In this document: in pieces, positions 45,838 to 54,081 of the stretch
Numbering within the stretch: the stretch's first letter is position 1
Layout: each line of letters starts with the position of its first letter
Notes under the pieces: generated by a model
What the model saw: the letters and a program-made list of their open reading frames with translations, nothing else
Database searches by the model: none
Told to the model about the DNA's origin: nothing
Source: a virus
Strand: one strand, 5' to 3'
IMG/VR virus record: IMGVR_UViG_3300046028_005224
Coordinates: 1 to 64,000 of that record
DNA: 64,000 nt
Translations under genes and position numbers: made by a program

Positions 45838-46032
45838 TTATTGTTCTAAAAGACACATAATATAGTAGTCTCCATAATCTTCTTGAAACCAAACATCAAA
45901 TTCCCTAGACAAAGCCTCAGCTTCTTTGATCTTCCCACTATCGTAAAGTTCAAAGATTTGATCGATAGCATGTTGAATGCTACCCTTTACAACCTTTTTG
46001 AGGTTTATCTCTTGTGAGTTTGTAAGGGACAT
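45838..46032 (-). CDS. Hypothetical protein
   Basis: 64-aa ORF in operon orientation. Confidence 0.6.
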   Translation of the reverse strand: MSLTNSQEINLKKVVKGSIQHAIDQIFELYDSGKIKEAEALSREFDVWFQEDYGDYYIMCLLEQ

Positions 46033-46059
46033 TGTTTCTATGTGAACCTACCTACTATA

Positions 46060-46413
46060 TCATATAGGCTCAGTTGTGTCAATCCTTCCAATTAATTTAA
46101 TAAACGTTTCGGCATCAATGACTACCAAAGGTTTCTTGTGATTCTTTTTCATGACCACGATTGGTTCATATGTACCAGCATTTACTTTTGCCTGTTCGTA
46201 TGCTTCCCAAACATTAAGCTTTTCTACATTCTTACATTCAATGCTGAATGGAAATTTTTGCCTAGCAGCTCTAGCCATGATAAGATCTTCTCCACCAGCA
46301 CCCATTGATCTAGATTCAATATCTTCTGGGTGAATGTTTAGTTGTTCAATTAATTGATCCCTAACCCACTTCTGTAGATTCCTACCCTTTGCTTTACACG
46401 ATTGTGGTTTCAT
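46060..46413 (-). CDS. PD-(D/E)XK endonuclease (Holliday junction resolvase-like)
   Basis: KAKGR.LQ...GEDL...IECKN.EKL..W.AY.QA. Confidence 0.75.
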   Translation of the reverse strand: MKPQSCKAKGRNLQKWVRDQLIEQLNIHPEDIESRSMGAGGEDLIMARAARQKFPFSIECKNVEKLNVWEAYEQAKVNAGTYEPIVVMKKNHKKPLVVIDAETFIKLIGRIDTTEPI

Positions 46414-46442
46414 TCATAATCTTATAAGATAATGTATATATT

Positions 46443-46465
46443 AAAAAGGGAGGTGTTACCCTCCC
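46443..46465 (-). terminator. Terminator of glutamine-riboswitch operon
   Basis: GGGAGG-GTAACA-CCTCCC-TTTTT. Confidence 0.85.
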
Positions 46466-46471
46466 AATCTA

Positions 46472-46555
46472 TCATTTCATCGCCATTACAAGCTGTGCTG
46501 TATGTAAGCGATTTTGTTTTTGAATTTGTTTACGGATTACATTCAACCAGTTCAT
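46472..46555 (-). CDS. 27-aa basic peptide coupled to DUF4278 gene
   Basis: GGAGG SD, ATGA overlap: MNWLNVIRKQIQKQNRLHTAQLVMAMK*. Confidence 0.6.
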   Translation of the reverse strand: MNWLNVIRKQIQKQNRLHTAQLVMAMK

Positions 46556-46710
46556 TTTGCTACCTCCGAGTTTTTGCAAGGACGATAAGCAACACCGCGA
46601 TAGGTGTTTGTTGGATGTGCTGGTGCATGTGTTTCTGAATACCAGTGCTGATATTCTTGCTTGGCGGTGTCAGTATTATACTGACAACCACGATAGGTTG
46701 CTTGTGACAT
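46552..46710 (-). CDS. DUF4278-family small protein (52 aa)
   Basis: AAGGAG SD; MSQATYRGCQY...TYRGVAYRP with two YRG motifs. Confidence 0.8.
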   Translation of the reverse strand: MSQATYRGCQYNTDTAKQEYQHWYSETHAPAHPTNTYRGVAYRPCKNSEVAK

Positions 46711-46741
46711 TAGGTGTCTCCTTAGTTTTTTAGGTTAAAGA

Positions 46742-46911
46742 GCGTTCCTTCAGTCGGCTTTTGCGTCTATGGGGCAATTCTTTGGGGTAATTTGTTTGAT
46801 TTCCCAAATAATATCATTCTTCACATGATTAGGAATGCTGTGTTTAAGAACTCTTCCTGTCATTAATTGTGATTGTAAGCAAGTGAGAATGACTGCTTCC
46901 ATAGATGAACG
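46742..46911 (-). ncRNA. Glutamine riboswitch (glnA motif) aptamer 2, with P2 expanded by an ORF
   Basis: CGTTCA-TCTATGG...CCATAGA-CGCAAAAG-CCGA-CT-GAAGGAACGC. Confidence 0.7.
46750..46902 (-). CDS. 50-aa ORF nested within riboswitch aptamer 2
   Basis: Manual: MEAVILTCLQSQLMTGRVLKHSIPNHVKNDIIWEIKQITPKNCPIDAKAD*; weak SD. Confidence 0.55.
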   Translation of the reverse strand: MEAVILTCLQSQLMTGRVLKHSIPNHVKNDIIWEIKQITPKNCPIDAKAD

Positions 46912-46914
46912 ATC

Positions 46915-46965
46915 CGTTCCGAGTCGGCTTACTTCCGTTCGCTATTCGGAAATAGCGAATGAACG
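46915..46965 (-). ncRNA. Glutamine riboswitch (glnA motif) aptamer 1
   Basis: CGTTCA-TTCGCTATT-TCCG-AATAGCGAA-CGGAAGTAAG-CCGA-CT-CGGAACG. Confidence 0.8.
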
Positions 46966-46972
46966 TAAGGTC

Positions 46973-47023
46973 AGTATAGACCTTGTAAGTTATATAGTCA
47001 AGTAATTTTGTAATTTTTGATAC
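46973..47023 (-). promoter_or_regulatory. sigma70 promoter with upstream NtcA box
   Basis: TGTA-TCAAAAAT-TACA (GTA-N8-TAC at 47010-47023), then TTGACT-N17-TATACT. Confidence 0.7.
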
Positions 47024-47029
47024 AATTAT

Positions 47030-47554
47030 TTACTTTAGATAATTTAAATTTAATGTTATTCTTGCTTTTTTTGATGGCATTGAACTTGAGTGGAGGGTTT
47101 TTCCATCAAAAAGAACAGTTCTTCCTTTTTTAGGAGTTACTCGTTCTATAATATTTTTATTATCATCAAAGAAAAACGTATCTCCATCACATTCATTAAT
47201 ATAATATAAAACTACATTATGTGGCTCTGCCATATCAACGTGAGGATTGTTATGAAGTTTTGAGTTAGCCAATGGCAGATATAATCCAAATCTTGCACGT
47301 ACTACATTTTCATGTTTTAAATTAAATGCATTACTTATCATCAAGATTGGAATTTTAAAAAATATCCCAACATTACTAAACTGATCAAAGTTATCTATAC
47401 CAAGATGACCGAATGCTGGGTTACCTTTCATTGCAGGAAATGCAGTGTCATTTAGAAAACTCCAAGGAAAGTTTTCTTCAAAACACGATTCCTCTAGATA
47501 GTCTTGAATATAAGACGGGAATACATCATCAATAATTTTTACAAGGTCTGTCAT
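47030..47554 (-). CDS. 2OG-Fe(II) oxygenase-like protein
   Basis: PHVD...VLYYINECDGDT.FF...PKKGR.VLFDG..LHSS...RITLN. Confidence 0.8.
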   Translation of the reverse strand: MTDLVKIIDDVFPSYIQDYLEESCFEENFPWSFLNDTAFPAMKGNPAFGHLGIDNFDQFSNVGIFFKIPILMISNAFNLKHENVVRARFGLYLPLANSKLHNNPHVDMAEPHNVVLYYINECDGDTFFFDDNKNIIERVTPKKGRTVLFDGKTLHSSSMPSKKARITLNLNYLK

Positions 47555-47557
47555 AGA

Positions 47558-48748
47558 TTAGAGTTTAAATCCTGCAAACGTATCTTTTTTAACATCTTGC
47601 TTGATGCCCCCAACCACATAAGATTCGACTTCTGTTTCTTGGGGAGCGACTTGTAGACCTTTGGATGAGATCCAGTGTTCTGTCCAGGGTAGCGGATTAT
47701 TTTTGGCAGAGATATCATAAATGGGTTTAATGCCAATGGCTTTCATACGACGATTTGCAATCCACTCAACATAGTTGTTAAGAAGCTTGTCATTCAATCC
47801 TATCATAGATCCGTCTTTAAAAAGGTATTCTGCCCAACTTTTTTCCTGATTGACACAGTTTTCAAAAGCAGCAGCTACCCAAGCTTCTTCTTCTCTAGCA
47901 ATTTGTTGCATTTCTGGATCATCTCCCTCACCCCATTTATTGAGGATGTTTTGAGTAATGACAAGGTGTTGATTTTCGTCTCTGGCGATGAGAGAGATAA
48001 TTTTAGCGGATCCTTCCATAAGCTTGAGTTCACCAAACGCAAAGCTGCAAGCGAACGAGACATAGAAGCGGATGCCTTCAAGAATATTGACATTAGCAAC
48101 GGCTCGATAAAGTTTTCTCTTCAATTCTAGACGAGACTCTTTTGCATAAGGAACACCTTCTTGGGCAAAAACCCAATCATTAGAAGTTCCATACTGCTGT
48201 GCAGAGTTGATAAAATCGTTATAAGCTTCTGTAACAGAAGAAGCTCTCTCTAGAATAGTTTCATTATTTAGAATATTGTCAAACACAATTGAAGGATCTG
48301 AGTAAACATTCTTAATAATATAAGTATAGGAACGACTATGAATCATCTCCATAAATTCCCATGCTTTCATACATGCTTCAAGTTCAGGGAGAGAACAGTA
48401 TGGAGCAAATGCCATACCAGGCCCACGACCTTGAACAGAGTCAAGCATAATCTGATACTTTAAGTTAGAAGTAAAGATGTGCTTCTGTTCAGGGCGAAGA
48501 GTTTGATAATCTGAACGATCTTTCTGCAATGAAATTTCTTCAGGTCTCCAAAAATATCCAAGCTGTTGTTGAGTCAGTTTCTCAAACACTGGATACTTAT
48601 AAGAATCATAACGTTGAATACCTAAAGGTTGACCAAAAAACATATATTGTTTTTTAACATCAACGTCATTAGTATTAAAAACAGTCATGCCTTCTGGTTT
48701 AGTCACGTACTTTGGGGATTCTTGGAAATTAAATTTTGCAGCTTTCAC
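47558..48748 (-). CDS. nrdB: Ribonucleotide reductase class Ia beta subunit
   Basis: FWRPEE, EMIHSRSY, LEGIRFY, RDENQH, APQETE. Confidence 0.97.
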   Translation of the reverse strand: MKAAKFNFQESPKYVTKPEGMTVFNTNDVDVKKQYMFFGQPLGIQRYDSYKYPVFEKLTQQQLGYFWRPEEISLQKDRSDYQTLRPEQKHIFTSNLKYQIMLDSVQGRGPGMAFAPYCSLPELEACMKAWEFMEMIHSRSYTYIIKNVYSDPSIVFDNILNNETILERASSVTEAYNDFINSAQQYGTSNDWVFAQEGVPYAKESRLELKRKLYRAVANVNILEGIRFYVSFACSFAFGELKLMEGSAKIISLIARDENQHLVITQNILNKWGEGDDPEMQQIAREEEAWVAAAFENCVNQEKSWAEYLFKDGSMIGLNDKLLNNYVEWIANRRMKAIGIKPIYDISAKNNPLPWTEHWISSKGLQVAPQETEVESYVVGGIKQDVKKDTFAGFKL

Positions 48749-51023
48749 AATCGTCTTCTCCTGAATTTAAGAGTTCTTGTACTAAAGAATCGAGAGATGG
48801 TTTATCTTCTTTGATTTCATCAGTCTTATGATCATAAGTATTTTGATAATAAGATGTTTTCCACCCGTACTTATAAGTATTTAATAAGTCCTGTGCCATC
48901 ACTGAGACTGGTACTTCATTGTCGGGATAGTTCTCTGGATTGTACGACCAGTTTCCACTGATGGCTTGGTCGAAGAACTTCTGCATAACAGCAACAACAT
49001 TAATATAACCAGAGTTATTAGGCATGTCCCATAGTAACGTATAATTATTTTTAAGAGTTTGATATTGTGGGACGATTTGTTTAAGAGGACCTTTCTTTGA
49101 TTTTTTAACGGACAGATAGCCTCTAGGAGGTTCGATTCCGTTTGTAGCGTTTGACACCACGGAACTGCTCTCTGATGGCATTTGAGCGGACAAGGTTGAG
49201 TGCCGTAAACCCGAGTCCATAATATCTCGGCGTAGTGTTTCCCAGTCATGTTGATACTCCACTGAGGAAATTTCGTCTACATCTTTCTTGTATGTATCAA
49301 TTGGAAGAATGCCATGAGAATACTTTGTACGTTCAAAATACTGACAAGCTCCTTTTTCTTTAGCCAATTGATTTGATGCTTTCAGCAAATAATACTGGAA
49401 GGATTCAGAAAGTCCATGTACAGCATCCCAAGCTTCTTGTGAATCATACTTAAAGCCAAGTTTAGCTAAGTAATGAGCAAGACCAATATATCCTACTCCA
49501 AGAGATCTACGTGCTTTTGTAGACAGTTCTGCAGCTGCTACAGGATACTTTTGATAGTCAATAATCTCATCAAGACCACGAACAGAAAGATCACAAAGCT
49601 CCTCCAGTTCTTCATCAGACTTAACTTTACCTACGTTAATAGCAGAAAGAATGCAAAGAGCAATCTCTCCAGCACCATCAATATGATGAATAGGATCTGT
49701 TGGTAAAGTAATCTCCTGGCAGAGATTGGACATATTTACTTTATCAACAAATGATGAATGTGAATTACAATGATCAATGTTCATTATATAGACACGACCT
49801 GTCTCAGCACGTTCTTTGAGGAGATTAAGAATGAGTTCTTGTGCTTTAACAGTTTTTTTTGAAATGGACGAATCTTTTTCATATTGAACGTATAGATCAT
49901 CAAATGCGTCTGTTCCGAAAGAATCATATAATCCAGGTACATCATGTGGGGAGAATAATGTGATCTCACCGTCTTGAATAAATCTCTCATAGAACAACTT
50001 ACTAATCTGAATTGAATAGTCAAGTTTACGGACACGATTATCTTCCGTACCCTTGTTGTTTTTAAGAACAATAATGTCTTCTATTTCTTGGTGCCAAATG
50101 GGGAAGTGGACTGTGGCTGATCCGCCGCGAATGCCGTTTTGAGTACAGCATCTGACAGTGCTCTCAAACTTTTTGAGAAATGGTACAACCCCCGTGTGTT
50201 GAACTTCTCCGCCTCTGATTTTAGAATTGATGCCACGGATTCTACCTGCGTTGATACCAATTCCTGCTCTTTGAGCAACATAGCGACCAATTGCCATATC
50301 AGAGCTGAAGATGCTATCAAGGGTGTCATCAACGTCAACAAGAACGCAACTTGCAAATTGGCGAAGTGGGGTTCTAACACCTGCCATGATTGGCGTAGGA
50401 ATGTTGATTTTGTGTTTGGAGATTGCGTCATAATATCTCTTAACGTAGGACAATCTTGTTTCTTTAGGATATTCTGCAAAGATCGTCATAGCAATAAGCA
50501 TATACATGAACTGAGGAGTTTCAAAAACTTTCCCAGTGCTACGATCTTGAACAAGATATTTATCTACTACTTGACGAAGACCAGCATAAGTAAATAGGAA
50601 ATCACGATCATGATCAATGTAACGATCAAGTTCATGGAACTCTGCCATGTTATACTTTTTGATTAAATCAGAATCATAGATTCCACCATCAACTCCAACA
50701 AAAACTTGCTTAGAAAGATTCGGAAGATCTTTCATCTTTCCATAAATGGATTTACGAATAGAAAACAATAACAATCTAGCTGCAACAAATTGATAATTTG
50801 GATTATCCAAATCAATAAGATCGCTAGCAGAACGAATCAAGATCTCTTGAATCTCTGCAGTGGTAATACCATCATAAAATTGAATGCCCGATTGCATCTC
50901 TACTTGAGATGCAGAGACACCTGCAAGACCCTTACAAGCCTCTTCAACCATGATGTGAAGCTTTTCTAGGTTCAATGGCTCTAGAGCGCCATTTCTTTTG
51001 ACTACTTTGGTTCCGTTACTCAT
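48729..51023 (-). CDS. nrdA: Ribonucleotide reductase class Ia alpha subunit
   Basis: ATP-cone VVKRNG, QFASCVL, SNLCQEI, C-terminal CESCKI. Confidence 0.97.
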   Translation of the reverse strand: MSNGTKVVKRNGALEPLNLEKLHIMVEEACKGLAGVSASQVEMQSGIQFYDGITTAEIQEILIRSASDLIDLDNPNYQFVAARLLLFSIRKSIYGKMKDLPNLSKQVFVGVDGGIYDSDLIKKYNMAEFHELDRYIDHDRDFLFTYAGLRQVVDKYLVQDRSTGKVFETPQFMYMLIAMTIFAEYPKETRLSYVKRYYDAISKHKINIPTPIMAGVRTPLRQFASCVLVDVDDTLDSIFSSDMAIGRYVAQRAGIGINAGRIRGINSKIRGGEVQHTGVVPFLKKFESTVRCCTQNGIRGGSATVHFPIWHQEIEDIIVLKNNKGTEDNRVRKLDYSIQISKLFYERFIQDGEITLFSPHDVPGLYDSFGTDAFDDLYVQYEKDSSISKKTVKAQELILNLLKERAETGRVYIMNIDHCNSHSSFVDKVNMSNLCQEITLPTDPIHHIDGAGEIALCILSAINVGKVKSDEELEELCDLSVRGLDEIIDYQKYPVAAAELSTKARRSLGVGYIGLAHYLAKLGFKYDSQEAWDAVHGLSESFQYYLLKASNQLAKEKGACQYFERTKYSHGILPIDTYKKDVDEISSVEYQHDWETLRRDIMDSGLRHSTLSAQMPSESSSVVSNATNGIEPPRGYLSVKKSKKGPLKQIVPQYQTLKNNYTLLWDMPNNSGYINVVAVMQKFFDQAISGNWSYNPENYPDNEVPVSVMAQDLLNTYKYGWKTSYYQNTYDHKTDEIKEDKPSLDSLVQELLNSGEDDCESCKI

Positions 51024-51997
51024 ACTTTCTTCCATTGGTACAATTTGATTTTGGCTTCCAAACCCCCAAAAATGTTGCATTGAATTACATGATCGACATT
51101 TCTATTTGCTAAAAACATATCGTTTATATCTTTCTCACAAATTTCTTCGGGCCATATAACTACCTTCTCTCCAGAATTAATCATCTTTTCATAGCGTTTA
51201 ACTATTTCAAGATTTCGTGGTTCATTGTCAAAGATAAAAACTCTGTTTGGATAAATGTCTTTATCTAAAGAAACATCAGCGCCACACATAGCTAATGAAT
51301 TATCAATAAACATAGAATCAAAAGGACCTTCTGTAATAAAGATTCTTTTATCATGATTAATTCGATCTAATCCGTATAGTTTTGGATATCTTTTATCCAG
51401 GATCGTAGTAAGATAACGAAGTTTTGAATTCGGATCCAACGATCTTGCTTGATATCCAAATAGTTTTTTTTGTTTTGATAATAGTGGAATGATGATTCTT
51501 GATTCTCTATTAATATTAGGTATGCCAGCCCAATCATTAAAGTCCTCTGCGAAGTATAATTGAGAAAAAAAATCCTCTGGAATCTTGCGATTAGAAAGGT
51601 ACTCTCTAGCTGGATGTGATGTATTTAGTTTTGATATTGTTGGTAGATCAAAAAGTGGTTTAGTGAAGTTAGGTTTTTCAAACTTAAACTCTGGCTCTGG
51701 AGCTACCATATTTTTCCCAGTCAGCCCATCTTTATATCTTTCAAGCAAGTACTCTTTGTATAAACTTTCGTTTTGATCTTTTAAAAAGTAAGTAAAAGTT
51801 TTAGATACGCCGCAGTTGTGACATTTAAAGTTATGATTGTTCTTAAACTTGTAAATAAATCCTCGTGCTTTATTTTTATTCTTGGTAGAATCTCCACAAT
51901 AAGGACAACGAAAATTATAAAGACCGTCTTTCTTTCTGGAAAATTTACCTAGTTGCGTAGAAAGTAAGCCAATATATTTGGAATCAATAAAACTCAT
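51020..51997 (-). CDS. gp61: DNA primase gp61
   Basis: FRCPYCGDS...KCHNC zinc finger; EGPFDS and DNEPRN TOPRIM; KDIND. Confidence 0.95.
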   Translation of the reverse strand: MSFIDSKYIGLLSTQLGKFSRKKDGLYNFRCPYCGDSTKNKNKARGFIYKFKNNHNFKCHNCGVSKTFTYFLKDQNESLYKEYLLERYKDGLTGKNMVAPEPEFKFEKPNFTKPLFDLPTISKLNTSHPAREYLSNRKIPEDFFSQLYFAEDFNDWAGIPNINRESRIIIPLLSKQKKLFGYQARSLDPNSKLRYLTTILDKRYPKLYGLDRINHDKRIFITEGPFDSMFIDNSLAMCGADVSLDKDIYPNRVFIFDNEPRNLEIVKRYEKMINSGEKVVIWPEEICEKDINDMFLANRNVDHVIQCNIFGGLEAKIKLYQWKKV

Positions 51998-52425
51998 TAC
52001 CTAGGCGTAACTTGCTGACTTCCTCCATTATAGGGTATCCTTACCACATTGTCAACAAAAGGAGGTATGAGCCCTAAAAGAACCACTGTTACTGCAACAA
52101 TTCCTCCAATTTGCCACCTGAACTTAGAAAGTCCTTCTACTTTTACTTCTACCTTTTCTATTCTTTCTCCCAACTCTCTACTAATTTCATCATGTTGTTC
52201 TTTTGAAGATCTTTTAATATCTTCAATCATTGATACAATTAAATTATCTGTTCTATTGCACTGTTCAATTTTTTCATTATGAACAGCAAGCATTTGACTG
52301 ATATTTTGACTTGTCTCTCCTATTTTTTGAATCGCAGTATCAATACGCTCCATCATCTGCTCATATGCAGTAATACGTTCTTCAAGTATTGCTATTTTTG
52401 TTTCAGTGGATGATGGGGGAAACAT
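51997..52425 (-). CDS. Coiled-coil protein with C-terminal TM segment
   Basis: MLAVHNEKI coiled coil; KFRWQIGG + TM. Confidence 0.7.
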   Translation of the reverse strand: MFPPSSTETKIAILEERITAYEQMMERIDTAIQKIGETSQNISQMLAVHNEKIEQCNRTDNLIVSMIEDIKRSSKEQHDEISRELGERIEKVEVKVEGLSKFRWQIGGIVAVTVVLLGLIPPFVDNVVRIPYNGGSQQVTPR

Positions 52426-52427
52426 TT

Positions 52428-52619
52428 TTATACAGGCGGTTTTCTTTTTTGCATCCATGGTGTACGTGATTTAGCACCCAAATATAGATACTTATTTCTT
52501 ACTGGCGGTTGATCTCCAGCTTCAGGTGTTCCTGCTATTTTACCCGCACCCAAACTCATTGTGGGTGCTTCTTCATTTAACGATCTGATGATATTTATTA
52601 TTCTATCGAGTTTGTTCAT
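52428..52619 (-). CDS. Small hypothetical protein
   Basis: MNKLDRII...EEAPTMS.G.G.IAG. Confidence 0.6.
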   Translation of the reverse strand: MNKLDRIINIIRSLNEEAPTMSLGAGKIAGTPEAGDQPPVRNKYLYLGAKSRTPWMQKRKPPV

Positions 52620-52987
52620 AGGTTTTGTAGTTGTTGTAAACATTCAAAATCTAATTCAATATCATGCAAAACTGATTTTGGATACTCAGGGAATCTTTGC
52701 AAGAACACCATGAATGTTTTTACAATACCCCATAAGTCTCTGTCAATTTTATAAAACAGTAATGGAGTTGCAGCTTCTCCAAAAATATTATAAAGTATCA
52801 AAAAATGATTGATGAGTAAATGAGTTTTCAATTCTCCACCATTTTTATATTTTCTAAGTAGTCTTTTGACATACTTAAATTTTTTCATGTCCTCAAGAAA
52901 ATCCTCTTGAGTTACTGCTTGTGGGTTTTCATAATGTTTAATTGCAAACATCATGTAATTATTTTCATTCAACTCATCAAACCTCAT
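52616..52987 (-). CDS. Conserved T4-like hypothetical protein
   Basis: FAIKHYENP...DMKKFKYVKRLL...HLLINH.LILYNIFG. Confidence 0.8.
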   Translation of the reverse strand: MRFDELNENNYMMFAIKHYENPQAVTQEDFLEDMKKFKYVKRLLRKYKNGGELKTHLLINHFLILYNIFGEAATPLLFYKIDRDLWGIVKTFMVFLQRFPEYPKSVLHDIELDFECLQQLQNL

Positions 52988-52988
52988 A

Positions 52989-53774
52989 TCATGCTCTGAT
53001 TCTTAATGTAGTTGTTCCGATACCTACTGAAGCTGAAGATCCATTTCCACCAACGTTCTTAATCACACCATCAAGAGTGGTACGAATGCCAACGTTATTT
53101 AAGTCAGTTCCTGTTCCAACAATTCCTCTAGTTGTATTGATTGATAAGAAACTACCAATTCCAGAAAGTGCTGTAGGGGCAGTAAATCTGAACACAACTC
53201 TATTGGTAATTTGACCATTAAAGTTTTGTTTGATGCTACGCTCAGCACCATTAGCAGGTACACCAATAACATTAACAGGAATTGATCTTCCTACCGATGC
53301 TGCAGTCCCCACAATGTCACCAGCTGTAGCTGCCGTTGTAACACCAGCGGCATTGACTTGTCTAATGCCAATAGTAGCACCAGCAGAGACATATACTAAT
53401 TCATTATAGACAACATGGACTTCTCCAACAGTTCCTGTACCAATTCCTGAAGTACCACCAGCACCAATACTAACAGGGCTAGCATTATTAGGATCTGCAA
53501 AGAACACTGCAGTTGGAGTTGCAACAGCTAATCCTTTAGTATTTGCTCCACCACCAGCAGTTGTCAAGCCTGCAATATGAACAAGAATTTCATCATAGAA
53601 AGATGAAGATAGTCCACCATGAGTCTTAGTACCATAATTTCTATATACCCATCCCTGACCGTTTGCAAAACAGTTATGAGGTGTTCTATTTCTATCAGCT
53701 TCCGACAAATGCTTTGGTCTATTAAAAGAATTAGCAGAAGTTTCAGTCGTTGTTGAAATGCCCCAGAGAGCCAT
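52989..53774 (-). CDS. Gly/Thr-rich virion structural protein
   Basis: MALWG start typical of cyanophage structural proteins; late promoter TATAAATA upstream. Confidence 0.6.
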   Translation of the reverse strand: MALWGISTTTETSANSFNRPKHLSEADRNRTPHNCFANGQGWVYRNYGTKTHGGLSSSFYDEILVHIAGLTTAGGGANTKGLAVATPTAVFFADPNNASPVSIGAGGTSGIGTGTVGEVHVVYNELVYVSAGATIGIRQVNAAGVTTAATAGDIVGTAASVGRSIPVNVIGVPANGAERSIKQNFNGQITNRVVFRFTAPTALSGIGSFLSINTTRGIVGTGTDLNNVGIRTTLDGVIKNVGGNGSSASVGIGTTTLRIRA

Positions 53775-53817
53775 ATGCTTTACCTATAACTTAAATTTTT
53801 ATCTAAGAATATTTATA

Positions 53818-53848
53818 AAAAAAAGAGATCTCTAGATCTGATCTCTTT
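53818..53848 (-). terminator. Intrinsic terminator
   Basis: AAAGAGATC-AGATCTAGA-GATCTCTTT-TTTT. Confidence 0.7.
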
Positions 53849-53873
53849 AAATTATAATATTACGTTTTGTTTT

Positions 53874-54053
53874 TTATGGAGTTAAATCCTTTCCACCTCT
53901 TTTCTTCAGTTGCTCTTGAGCCTGAAGAAGTAAGAACGACAAAATACCGTTTGATTTAACTTTTGGATTAGCGCCAAGAAGTTCAGATACTGCAAGCAGT
54001 ACGGTGGCAATAAGAGTTTGGTTTGCTAATGCCCAAGCAATTGCTGCAGACAT
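53874..54053 (-). CDS. Small membrane protein
   Basis: LLAVSELLG.NPKVKSNGIL. Confidence 0.65.
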   Translation of the reverse strand: MSAAIAWALANQTLIATVLLAVSELLGANPKVKSNGILSFLLLQAQEQLKKRGGKDLTP

Positions 54054-54081
54054 AGTGACTCCATGCAAATTATGTAATTAT

